From Gracilinanus agilis (taxonomy: Eukaryota), in the NCBI RefSeq assembly GCF_016433145.1, contig NC_058133.1:172855964-172919963 (forward strand): a DNA stretch of 64,000 nt, read 5' to 3'. The position numbers and the translations under genes are program-made. Within the stretch, counting starts at the first letter, position 1. Every line of letters starts with the position of its first letter. Below the pieces are notes generated by a model. It was not told the DNA's origin and did no database searches. It saw nothing but the letters and a program-made list of their open reading frames with translations. Positions 11,730 to 24,430 of the stretch are shown here, one piece after another.

Positions 11730-12500
11730 GTAATAGTCTGCTAAAACAAACCCAAGAACTACAAGAACATAATTATAAAAGCCTTTTTACACAAATAAAA
11801 TAATATTTAAATAATGGAGAAATATTCATTGTTTATGAGTGGGCAGAGCCAAAACAATTAAAATGATAAACTAATTTATCCAATGCCATCACAATTCAAA
11901 ACAAAAAATTATTTTATTGAGCTATAAAAAATAATGATAAAATGCATTTCAAAGAACAAAATCAGAGGAAACGATAGAAAAATGTGAAGGAAAGAGATCT
12001 AGAAGTGCCAGATTTTTAATTGTAATTATCAGAATTATCTGGTATTGGCTAAGAGATCAAAAGGTAGATTAGTGGAACAGAATAGACATACAACAAACAG
12101 GAATTAAATATTATACTAACTCTGTATTTGACAAGAGTATAGATCCAAGTTTGGGGAATAAGAACTCATTATTTGGAAAAATTGCTGGGATAATTGGAAA
12201 GTATTTTGAAAGAAAGTAGATATGGACCAATATCTTACACCATTCACTAAGATTAGATCAAAATGGATTCATGACATAAAAGGAGATATCATAAGCAAAT
12301 TAGAAGAACAGAGCATATTACCTATCCGATTTATGGATAGAAGAGAAATGTATGGATAAACAAGAGATCAAAGCAGTATAAGATGTAAAGTGGATAATTT
12401 TGAATGCATTAAATCAAAAAGGTTTTGTATAAATAAAACTAAGTGTGGCCAAGATTAGAAAGAAAGCAGAAAGTTGGAGGAGGAAGTTTTATAGAATAGA
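11730..12500 (+). mobile_element. L1 ORF2 fragment (CA4 intron 7)
   Basis: Degraded marsupial L1 ORF2 sequence (cacaaataaa...gggcagagccaa...ccatatcttacaccattcactaag); similar to 63170-64000. Confidence 0.8.
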
Positions 12501-12721
12501 CAGTTTGAAGAATAACTTTCGAATCTCTACTTACAGAGAAAGAATTAAAAAATAGAAACGTGAAAGACAATTTATATGTACATATCTTTTTGTTAGGTTA
12601 TTCCTTCTATGATGTGGGAAAGGGAGGGAGAAGGATGAGATATCTGGGCATAAACCTATAAAAATGTAATTTAAAAAATAGAAGGCTTTCACCAGTCACC
12701 AGAATCCCTGGTCTTTTACAG

Positions 12722-13048
12722 ATCTCGAAATTTTCCCAAAAACTGTTCTATAATGAGAAGATTTTGAAAAAGAACAGCACGAACAGCACGATCAGCTCGA
12801 ACAGCACGATCAGCTCGAACAGCACGATCAGCTCGAACAGCACGATCAGCTCGAACAGCACGATCAGCTCGAACAGCACGTCCAGCTCAGAGCGCAAAGA
12901 TATGCCCATCATAGACAACTTCCGGCCAATACAGAAGGATGGGGGCCGTTCAGTCTTTCACAGTGGGGTGGAAGGACTACTGCCCCATACCTGGCCCACG
13001 TTTCTGGCCCCTCTGCTGACCTACCTCCTGGCCGTCCTCCTCTACTGA
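12722..13048 (+). CDS. CA4: CA4-like terminal exon 8 with (NSTISS)n insertion and GPI-anchor signal
   Basis: Acceptor gtcttttacag. Reads ISKFSQKLFY...DNFRPIQ...HSGVEGLLPHTWPTFLAPLLTYLLAVLLY*, with the DNFRP motif and a hydrophobic C-terminus typical of a GPI signal. Exons 2-8 total 1001 nt in one frame without a premature stop. Confidence 0.95.
   Translation: MSKFSQKLFYNEKILKKNSTNSTISSNSTISSNSTISSNSTISSNSTISSNSTSSSERKDMPIIDNFRPIQKDGGRSVFHSGVEGLLPHTWPTFLAPLLTYLLAVLLY
12773..12889 (+). repeat. Coding 18-bp tandem repeat (AACAGCACGATCAGCTCG)x5 with flanking partial units
   Basis: AACAGCACG, then five identical 18-mers (12782-12871), then AACAGCACGTCCAGCTCA. Encodes NST-(NSTISS)5-NSTSSS. Confidence 0.97.
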
Positions 13049-13143
13049 AAGGTCCTGGACTTGGGTCTTCTGGAGCCTGGACATTTGACCTGCTGGCCTC
13101 TGAGTTTTCACAGATATACTGTATAACTGTATATATATTTTTA

Positions 13144-13149
13144 GATAAA
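13144..13149 (+). terminator. Candidate non-canonical poly(A) signal GATAAA for CA4-like
   Basis: About 95 nt after the stop codon, preceded by a TGTA/TA-rich stretch and followed by pyrimidine-rich sequence. The first AATAAA I found downstream is at 14570-14575. Confidence 0.3.
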
Positions 13150-16100
13150 CTTTTCCTCTGCACCTCACTGCTGCCCTTGACTGCCACTATTCTCTGTTAT
13201 AAGCTTGACATCTCTTATCTCACTTACACTCATTGCCCAAATCAAACCTGCCCCAGGGCTCCTGGGTAGTTAGAGTGGATGAATATCACCTGAAGTTTCC
13301 GGCACCCCTGGCTGCAGTCCCTGCTCCATTTCCCTTCCCTCCCACCCCCACCCCCTCCCCATACGGAAAGACTAACGTTTCTTTTTGCTGGCCTTTCTCC
13401 TACCTGCCCTTTCAGCCTATCATATATCCACCCTGGGATGCCAGGTCCAGCCTGCCCTATTCTCAGCCGGTTCATCTGACTGAAGTTGTAGCCGCTAACA
13501 GAATATCCCGTGCCAGGGTTGGCTCCATTTTATCAAAGTCCTTGTGACAGCAGAAAGAGCATCATGACCTAAGGAAGTTTCACTCTCAAGAGACTTTCCA
13601 TGACCCAACTCAATGAAACATCTAGCTAACCCATCTCAATCAAAAAATGAGCGCGTTAAGGCAGCCTCTTAACTACCCTGGACCAGGCACTGTCCTAGGT
13701 GCTGGTCGTACAAAGACAAACTTGACTGTGGGATAGATTGCTTATTCCAAGGCCACTTCCAAATGCAGGGGATGTGGAGGAGACAATGCCCGCACCCACA
13801 AGGGTGCCCCAACCTCTTCTGAGGACCCTGGAATGTCAGAGTTGGAATGGACCGTAGTCCAGCCCTATCATTTTATAGGACAGGAAATTGAATGCCACAG
13901 AAGAAAGGACTTAGCTAAGGTCACACACCTGTAGAAATCAAGTCTGGATCACAACTCAGTTCTCCTGACTTCCGGCAGCAGTGCAATTTTTTTCCTCTCA
14001 TACAATACTAGGAGGAGAGGAGAGGGAAGAGGAGGAGGGAGAAGAGAGGGTAGGAACAGGAGCTAACTCATATTAACTAACATATCCATTTAAATTTTAC
14101 AAAATGCCTCCTTTGAGAATCAGGACAAACCTGTAAGGTGGGTATCATTATTGTCATTTTCCAATGAAGAAATCAAGGCTTGGAGGTCATGTGTGTAGTC
14201 CAGAGTTACACAGCTAGTAAGTGTCTAGGGCTGACTTTGCAGGAAGACCATCCTAATTCCAAATCCAGCATTCTAACTACTAATATGCTTCCTTTCAACA
14301 ACATGGAGTTTTTTCTGAATAATGGGGAGCAGTCTCCAAAAAAGCCCCTGAAGAAGCATGTGAGTGAGCATTTTCCTCTTTCTCCAGAGCAGATGTCTCT
14401 GTTCTTTCCTTCTCCATCAGTGGGACAAAAGAGGTAGGGGTGGGAGGCAAAGGATTGGCCCTGGGAGTGGAGAGTCATAGGATGTAAGTCAGCAGACCAG
14501 AGAGACAGAGAAAGGAGTGAGCCCAGGAAAATAACAGGGCTGGAGAGGGAAGGCAAGAAGAAAATGGAAAATAAAAGAGGTAGAAACTGCCCTTCCCAAA
14601 CCTGCCTGGATCTCCTCAGGCCACAGGTACACCCTCCTCTCTTCAATTTTGCCCTTCCTGCTTCAGCTTTCTGACCCCCTCCCTGCCTGAGTCACCCCTA
14701 AAAGAGACCCTCAGTGAGCATGGGAAGGGGGGCTGAGATCACAGGAGACCATCTGCTCTGGGCTTTCAAACAGCTTTGTATGGGGAGGAAGAGAGGAAGT
14801 GAGAGGAGAGGGATGATCATACAGCATCTGAAATGCTTACTTCTGAGGACTTAAATTTGAAGAAAGAACTTGACAATGGGAAGTGGGTCCTGGGTGATAG
14901 GAGCAGACATGACCAGCACTGGAAGTATCAAGCCTGGAGACAGAGTCATTTAAGAAACAGTTGTAAGATCTGTGGACTTTTAGCCAAGAGAGGAGAAGAA
15001 ATAGGAGAAGAGAGGGAAATGTGTCTTCAAATAGCTGAAGGGTTGTTTCAGGCATGTTGAGGGAATTGATCTGTTTGATTCTAAAAGGCAATGGGGCTGA
15101 GATGTTGGGGGAGATGAGGACAGGGAAACAGGATTTGATTTAACCTAAAGAGATTTCTAACAGTTCTTGTAACAATAACAACTAACATTTCTATGTTAAA
15201 TACTATGTGCCAGACACTGGGCTAAGCACCTTAAAGTTATTGTCTCTTCTGATGCTCTTGATAACAAAGTAGATGCTTTTATTGTCCCTGTTTTACAGGT
15301 AAGGAAACTCTGCCAAAAAGGGTTTTAGTGACTTGCCCAGGGCCACACAACTAGTTAGTACCTGAGGTAGAATTTTAATTGGAGTCTTTCTGACTCCAGG
15401 CCTGGCAGTCTAAGTGCTTTGCAAGATTTTAATTTATGGAATCTGGGTTTGAATCCCGGGCCTCTCTTTTATTAGCTGTGCAATTTTTGGCAAGCTGCTT
15501 AGTTAATAAGCATTTTTTAATTTTACTGTGTGCCAGGCACTGTGCTAAGTGAGGGACAAACACAGCCCCTTCTCTCTAATGGGGCAAACAAGAAACATAC
15601 AGAGTAGATAGAAGCTAATCTCAGAGGTAAAGAACCTCTCTGCTGCAGGCTCTTCAACTCTAAAATAAGAGGGTTGATTGAACTAGATGACCTCTAACGC
15701 ATAAATATATGGCTATAAACAAACTTTTAATTTTTAAAAAATTTTGTTTTTATTCTGAACATGACAAACACCAAATAAAACATGTTTCTAAGCTGTGTGA
15801 CCCTGGGCAAGTCTCTTGTCCCCAGTTGTCCAGCCCTTATTCTTCTTCGGCATTGGAATCTATACTTATATAAGACAGAAGGTAGGGTAAGGGCTTATTA
15901 AAAAACATGCATTTATATATATATATATATGTATATATATAGTACAGAATCAGAGGACTATATATGAAACAGTAGATCTGTATTCCATGAAACTGTTTAA
16001 AAAAAAACATAGTAGGATCAACCTCTGTAAGGTTTCACAGCTATCCTGTTTGTCTGGTTTTCCTTCTGGCCTTCCTTCTGTCTTTCTCCCTGCATTTTTG

Positions 16101-19100
16101 AAAAATGTGCCTAAGTGACCCTTTTTTCATTTGTTATTCTTTCTGTCTTGTCTTGTCTTTTCTTTTTTGGTTACTCTATCCAACCTTCACCCCCACCCCA
16201 CCTTTTCACTCTCATATAGAAAAAAGAAAAAAAAACAAACAAGTTTCCTTTCCAAAAGGTAATAAACTCTGAATCAATGGTTGCTTTGAAGTAGACTAAA
16301 TGATGACCTTTCCAGAGTGAGGAGAGGATTTCTGCCTTCGGAGGGAGCATACCAATTGTCAAGTATACTGTTACAACATGATTTAGTACAATCTATCAAA
16401 CATTTGCGAGATCTGCAAGGTCGTTTTTTTCCCCTTGAGATGCCTTACAGCAGGAAGAATTTGCTCTAGATGAACTTTAGGGACCCCTTTAGCAGACCTG
16501 GGGTCCATTTAGCCTTTTTCCAAGTACCTTGGTTTCTCCAGTTCAGCCTCGGGGGAGCCCCAGCAAGAACTCAAAAGGAATAAATAGTCTTTCCTTGCTG
16601 ACCTTACCACCATCTCCACCTGGCGTGACTACCAATAAACAGCCATGGGAACAGCCCTCTACCTCCACAACCCTTCTGCCCCCCTTCCTACATACACAAT
16701 TTCTAGTCACCACTGACCCCATGTCCTGAGCTCCCAGCAACAAGCTGGTTTCCATAACAGCAGCAGTAGGGCCTGGGGGCTTAGACATTTTATTCCAGTT
16801 CTCCCTTGGGTTTTTGGTTCCAGTTTGTGAGGAATAGGAGAATGGTTGTGGTTGGTGTAGGGTCTACCTGTGTATGTTGGAGGCACTGGTCACACCTAGA
16901 ACAAAGCCAGGGGCCTAGACATCCTCAGGCCGAAGCACTTTCGAAGTCAGAGAGCTCCTTCCTTTGAGGTATGAATGGACCTTCTGCCTCTCTTTCCACT
17001 GGAATGTATTAGCTACCGAGCTGGATTTGGAGTTAGAGGACTTGGGCTCCAATTCTCCCCTGATTGTGTAGTACCTATATGACTCAGGGCAAGTCACAGC
17101 CCCTCTGGGCTTCAGTTTCCTCCTCTATCAAATAAGGAGATTGGATTAGAAGACCACTAGGGTTTCTTCTAATGATCCCTTAAATCTCTGAGTCTCCGAT
17201 TTCAAAGCCACAAAGAGAGTGAACCCTCCTTTACCCTGGACACCCATCTCAACAGGCCTCCCTCAATAAAACAATGCAGTGGCTCAAGAAGCTCATAAAT
17301 CTCTGGAAGGGGTATCCTTTGCACCCCTGTCTTCAATATGAACTTAATTAAGTAGTAGATACAATCCCAGGCAGAAGAAGAGATAAAGATACCAGGACAA
17401 TGTCTCTGGGACTAATTGGAACAAAAACAGTATTAGCCAAGAAATCTTTACTCTTACACTCTCCCAGCCATTCCCAATCACCAGGCCCCTCCCCATCCCT
17501 AAAGGGTGACCCTCAAATAATAACTTGCAGAATCAGCCCTGGGTTTCCCCATCACACCTCTGTTTGAGGTCGGGACAGTCCAGGGGCTAGAATGAGCATA
17601 GCTTGTCCAGTGACAGGGAACAAACTAGCTAGACTCTATTCTAGTGCACATGAGAAAATCAAGGAAGAAGGTGGGGGGTAAAAGGGAGAGGCGTGTTGGG
17701 CCAGAGAAGCAGTAACTGGTGCCAGCTCATTCATTGACTCTCACCCAAGGTCACCAGGGGAGAGGCCAGGGAAGGGGAAAGGACACCCAAGTGTCCTGTC
17801 TCCCAGCCCAGGGGTTCCCAGGAGAGGTCTGGGATTGCTAGTTCTATCTCCAATGGGGAATTCCAACTGTCAGAACCAGGAGACAAGTATCTACCTCCAG
17901 GGGTCCTGGAATGACCACCCCGGCTGGTATGTGGAAAGTCTCTCAGAGGTTAATTAGCCTTTTGCCCTCCAGTTACCTCAGGTGAAGGGGAATCTTTTTC
18001 ATTTTGTCAAATACCTTCTTCCCCATCAAAGATTATGTCTATCACTATACTTCATTGTGAACTTCATTCCATTTGTTATTAATCACCATTATAATAATAA
18101 CAACATTTATATGTTTAAGGTTTACAAAGCACATAAATACCTGTTTCACAACAACTTTGTAGAGTAGGTGCGATTATTATCACCTCCATTTAAAAAACAC
18201 TTTAAACTTATTTTGTTAAATATTTCCTAATTCCATGTAAAATTATTCTAACATTCATTTTTAATATTTTGAGTTCACAATTTTCCCTCCCTCCCACTAT
18301 TCCCTCACCCCTAGAGAAGGCAAGCAACATGATCCTGATTATATATGTATCACCTCCATTTTATAGAGGAGGAAACAAGGCTGAGAGAGATAAAGTGACT
18401 TGCCCATGGATAAGCTATTCACATCCTATTAGCTAAGATACTTTCTCAGGCATCTTGTCTGTATTTCATGGTATGTACTCTCATCTCCTCCCCAAAATCA
18501 TTTCTCTGTGCAATTACACAAAATTCAGATCCAGAAACTCACAGAAGCCATTGCAACCCAGAATGGGGATCAAGCAAAATGATGTCTTTAGTTTAGTTTG
18601 ATGTCCTGGTTTCTCAGGACAGGAGTTAATTTCCTTAGTAATGGGTGTTAGTTCTCATTCTTGGGGTGACTCTTACAAGCTCTCATTTTGGCCCTGAGGG
18701 AATGAGTACAGAGGAATTTTATATGTGTAACTGGACTTTCAACCCGACTTGTTACATTTTGCCATGCAGCTCTGTGGGAGATTAGATTCTGAAGTGCTGG
18801 AGAGACTGATTAATTCAAAGTGACTAGAGGGATCTGAGTAAGGGGCAGAGATGGTTCCAGAAGTGTTTCCAGAATTCAGAAGAAACAAATGGAAAGATTT
18901 TGGAAGCTGCAGATATGAAGGGGAAGATGGTTCCTTAACATATCCCTGATTTCTAGCTTGTCTCCCTAAATACTTCAGGAAATAAACTATTAACAGTTGA
19001 TCATCATACAATAATGATGTTTCCATGTACAACGTTCTTCTGGTTCTGCTCATTTCACTATGCATTAGTTCATGGAAATCTGTGTTTTTCTAAAAGCAAC

Positions 19101-20655
19101 CTGCTCATCATTTCTTATAGCACAATAGTATTCCATCACAATAATATACCACAACTTGTTTAGCCATTCTCCAATTGATAGGCATCGTTTTAGAGTTGGT
19201 TTTTGGTTTTTTTTGCCACCACAAAAAGAGCTACTATAAATATTTTTTCCTTTTTCTAAGTTATCTTTGGGATACATACCTAGTAATGCTATTTCTGAGT
19301 CAAAAGTTTTGCACAGTTTTAGAGCCCTTTTGACATAGTCCAGATTGCTCTCCAGAATGACTGGATCAGTTCACAATTCACCAACAGTGCATTTGTATCC
19401 CAGTTTTTCCACATCTCCTCCAGCATTTGTTGTTTTCCTTTTCTTTCATATTAGCCAATTAATAGGTGTGAGGTGGTACCTCAAAGTTGTTTAAATTTTG
19501 GTTTCTCTAATCATTAGTGATTTAGAGCATTTCATTTGACTATAGGTAGTTTTGATTTCTTCTTCAGAAAAGTCCGTTTGTATCCTTTGACAATTTGTCA
19601 GCTGGGGAATGACTTAAATCCTTATAAATTTGAATCAGTTCTCTATATGTCTGAGAAATGAAGCCTTTTTCAGAGAGGCTTACTATAAAAATCCCCCCAA
19701 TTTCCTGCTTACCTTCTAACCTTGGCTGCATTGGTTTTGCTTCTGCAAAACCTTTTTAAATTGATGTAACAAAAATTATCTTATTTCATCCTGTAATGCT
19801 CTCAATTTCTTGTCTGGTCATAAATTTTTCCCTTATCCATAAATCTGACAAATAAACTCTTCCATCCTCCCTTAATTTGCTTATAATATCACCCTTTATC
19901 TAGATCATGTACCCATTTTGACCTTACCTTGATATAAGGGGTGAGATGTTGGTCTATCTCTAGTTTCTGCCAAATTGCTTTCTAGCAATTTTTGCCTAAT
20001 GATATCCTGGCTCAAAATCTTGGATCTTTGGGTTTGTCAAATAATAGATTACTACAGTCATTTACTACTGTGTATTACGTATTCAACTTATTCTCCTGAT
20101 CTACCACTCTATTTCTTAGCCAATACAAAAAAATTTGATGATTTATTTCTGTCATTCAGTCATTTCAGGTATGTCTAACTCTTCATGACCATATTTTTGA
20201 ACAAAGATATTGGAGTGGTTTGCTATTGCCTTCTCTAGCTCATTTTACAAATGAGGAAACTGAGGTAAATAGGGTGAAGTGATTTGCCCAAGGTCAAATA
20301 GCTAGTAAGTTTCTGAGGCTGAATTTGAATTCAGGTCTTCCTGACTCCAGGCCTAGAGTCCTATTCACTAGTTTCCATTTTGATGATTTTTTGATGATTA
20401 GAAGTCATTGTAAAATATAGTTTGAGATCTGGTACTGCTAAGTCACATTCCAGATAAATGTTATTATTATTTTTTTTCTAGCTCTACAAAATAATTTTTT
20501 TGGTAATTTGATTGTTATGGCACTGAATAAATGAATTAATTTAGGTAGAATTGTCATTATTATTATATTGGCTCATCTATTCACAAGCAATTAATATTTC
20601 TTCAATTGTTTAGATCCTTTCCCACCTGTTTTTTTCCTTAATAGTTTATATAATA

Positions 20656-20854
20656 GGGGGCAGCTGGGTAGCTCAGTGGATTGAGAGCCAGGCCTAGAGA
20701 TGGGAGGTCCTAGGTTCAAATCTGGCCTCAGACACTTCCCAGCTGTATGACCCTGGGCAAATCACTTGACCCCCGTTGCCTACCCTTACCACTCTTCTGC
20801 CTTGGAGCCAATACACAGTATTGACTCCAAGACGGAAGGTAAGGGTTAAAAAAA
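20656..20854 (+). mobile_element. Young SINE1_Mdo-like SINE
   Basis: Near-consensus sequence, A-tail, TSD aatagtttata. Confidence 0.92.
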
Positions 20855-23529
20855 TAGTTTATACAATATTGGAATAAATTATTCTTTAAATGTTTGGTAA
20901 ATTTTGCTAGTGAATCCATCTGATCCCAGGGATTTTTACTTAGGGAGTTCACTGATGGCTTGTTCCATTTCTTTTTCTAAGATGGGATTATTTAAGTATT
21001 GTATGTCTTCTTCTGTTATGTTAAAAATAATTTATATTTTTGTAAATATTCATCTATTTCTCTTAGATTGTCAGATATATTGGCATATAATTAGGCAAAA
21101 TACATCCCAAATATAGCTTTAATTTCCTCTTCATTTGTGGTGATATCATTTTTGATATTGATAATTTGGTTTTCTTCTCTCTCTTTTTTAACCAAATTAA
21201 CTAATAGCTTATCTATTTTATTGTTTTTTCCCCATAAACCAGCTTCTAATTTTGTTTATTCATTCAATTATTCTCTTTCAGTTTTACTATTGTCTCCTTT
21301 GATTTTCAGGATTTCTAATGTGATGTTTAATTGGGGATTTTGAATTTGTTCTTTTCCCAGTTTTTTAGCTGTATGCCCAATTAATTGATCTGCTCTTTCT
21401 CTATCTTATTAATAGTAAGTGTTTAGAGATATACATTTTCCCCTAAATATTGTTTGACTGCATCCCATAAATTTTCAAATGTTTTCTCATTGTTATCACT
21501 CTCTTTAATGAAATTCTTTATTATTTCTATGATTCATTCTTTTACTCATTCTTTTTTAATTTTTTAAAAACTCCTATCTTCTGTCTTAGAATCAATACTT
21601 AGTATCAGTTCCAAGACAGAAGAGTAGTAAGGGCTAGACAATTGGGATTAAGTGACTTTCCCACAATCACATGTTTAGGAATGATCTGAGGTCAGATTTG
21701 AAGCCAGGGCCTGTCTCCAAGGCTGACTCTTCACTGAACCACCTAGCTGCCCCAGTTTCCAATTGATTTTTAATCTATGTTTCCATTGCCATTTATTGAA
21801 TATAAATTTTATTGAATAGTCTGAAAGGGATACATTTAATATTTCTACTTTCCTGCATTTGGCATAAGGTTTTTTATATCCTAATACATGGTCAATTTTT
21901 GTGAAGGTGCCATGTACAGCTGAGAAAAAGGTAAATTCTCTTTTATTCCCTTTCAGGTTTCTCTAGAAGGCTAACATATCTAAATTTTCTAAAGTTCTAT
22001 TCATTTCTTTCAAGTTTTTCTTATGGTTAGATTTATCTAATTCTGAGAGGAGAAAATTAAGATCCCCTGCTACTATAGTTTTGTCTATTTCCTCCTTAAC
22101 TCATTTAACTTTTCCTTTAAGGATTTGGATGCTTATTTAATGTTGATATTACTTCATTGTCTGTGGTACCTTTCAGCAAAATGGAGTTCCCTTGTTTATC
22201 TCTTTTAATAACGTCTATTTTTACTTTTCCTTGATCTGAAATCATGACAGAAGAAAACAAACTTTTGAGGAAAAACAGGATAAAAAGAAAGAGAGAAAGA
22301 TAAATAGGATCTGAAATTATGATTACTACCTATACTTTTTTTTTTTACCTCAGCTGAAGCATAATAGCTTCTGCCTCTTATTTTACTCAGCATGTGTCTC
22401 TCTGCTTCAACTATGTGTCTTATAAACAATATATTGTTGGATTTTTGTTTTTAGTCCATTCTGACATCCACCTAAGTTTTATGCTTTTTGGATGAGTTCA
22501 TCTCAATTCATATTCACAATTACAATTATTAACTGTATGTTTCTTTCCATACTATTTTCCCTATTTATCTTTCTCTCTTTCTTTTTACTCTCTTCTTCCT
22601 CAAAAGTTTGTTTTCTTCTGTCCACAGCTTCCCCCAATCCGTCCTACTTTCTATTAGTTTCCCATCCTCTTCCCTTCCCATTTCCCTGTAGGATAAGATA
22701 GATTTCTATACCCAAATGACTGTTTATGCTATTCCTTTTTTGAGCTGATTCTGATATGAATGAAGTTCAAGCATTGCATACTCCTATTTTCTCCTCTATT
22801 ATAAAATCCCTTCATTTCACACCTCTTTAAGTGAGATAATTTTCTCCATTCTTTCTCTCTTTTCTTCCTTTTCCCAGTATATCCCTCTTTCTCACCCCTT
22901 ACTTTTACTTTTTTGAAGTTATCCCATCTTAGTCACCTCATACCAGTGCACTATCTATACATTTTAACTTCCCTAATAATGTTAAAGTTTTTAGGAGTTA
23001 CAATTATCATCTTCCCATGTAGGAATGTAAACATTTTAACCTTATTGATTCCTTATGTTCTCTCTTATTTTTCTTTTTATGTTTCTCTTGAGCCTTGCAT
23101 TCAAAAGTTGAATTTTCTGTTCAGCCCTGGTCTTTTCATTAGGAATGCTTGACAATCCTCTAATTCATTAAATATCTATTTCCCCACCCCACCCCCAAAG
23201 GATTAGACAGTTTTACTGGGTAGATGATTCTTGGCTATTATCCTAGTTCCTATACCTTCTGGAATATCATATTCCAAGCCCTCCAATTCTTCTATGTAGA
23301 AGCTGCTAAATCTTGTGTTATAGTGATTATAGCTTCATGGTGTTTGAATTGTCTTTCTGGCTCTTTGTAGTAGTTTCCCCTTGATATGGGAGCTCTAGAA
23401 TTTGATTATAATATTCCTGGGAGTTTCATTTTGGGGTCTCTTTCAGAAGGCAATCAGTGGATTCTTTGCATTTCCATTTTATGCTCTGGTGATGAAATGT
23501 CAGGGTAGTTTTCCATGATAATTTCTTTT

Positions 23530-23728
23530 TTTAAAAACCCTTATCTTCCATCTTAGAATCAATACTATATATTGTTTCGAAGGCAGAAGAGTGGTAAAGG
23601 CTAGGCAATGGAGGTTAAGTAGCTTGCCCAGGGTCACACAGCTGGGAAGTGTCTGAGGCCAGGTTTGAACCTAGGACCTCCAGTCTCTAGGCCTGGCTCT
23701 CAATCCACTGAGCCACCCAGCTGTCCCC
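23530..23728 (-). mobile_element. SINE1_Mdo-like SINE
   Basis: Reverse complement of the consensus with TSD tccatgataatttctt. Confidence 0.88.
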
Positions 23729-24235
23729 TCCATGATAATTTCTTGAAAGATGATGCCTAGGTTCATTTTTTAACATGATTTTCAGGTGGTTCAATAATTC
23801 TTTTTAAAATCCTTACCTTCTATCTTAGAATTGATACTAAGCATTAGTCCCAAGGCAGAAGAGTAATAAGGGTTAAGAAATGGGATTTAAGTGACTTGCC
23901 CAGGGTCACACAGCTAGGAAATGTATGAGGCCAGATTCAAACCTAGGATCTCTCATCTCTCATTATTCATTGAGCTACCTAACTGCCCCCAATAATTCTT
24001 AAATTATCTCTCCTTAATCCATTTTCTAGGTCAGTTGTTTTTCCAATGACATATTTCACATTTTTTTCTATTTTTCTCCATTCTTTTTATTTTGTTTTAT
24101 TGTTTCTTGGTGTCTTATGAAATCATTCACTTCTACTTGCCCAATTCTAATTTTTAAAATATTATTTTCTTCAATGAACTTTTGTACCTCTTTTTCTATT
24201 TGGCCAATTCTGCTTTATAAAAGCAAAAACAAAAA

Positions 24236-24430
24236 CAAAAATAGCTTACCTTCCATCTTAGAATCAGTACTGTATATTGGTAGTGTGGTAGAGTGGTAAG
24301 GGCTAGGCAATGGAGGTTAAGTGACTTGCCCAGGGTCACACAGCCAGGACGTGTCTGAGGCCAGATTTGAACCTAGGACCCCCTGTCTCTAGGCCTGGAT
24401 CTCAATCTACTGAGCTACCCAGCTGCCCCC
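24236..24430 (-). mobile_element. SINE1_Mdo-like SINE
   Basis: cttaccttccatcttagaatc...ctactgagctacccagctgcccc. Confidence 0.85.

Noticed and set aside
12773-12889. The 18-bp repeats read as a CRISPR array or non-coding satellite
   Set aside because: There are no spacers, the context is eukaryotic, and the repeat is head-to-tail and in frame within a coding exon.
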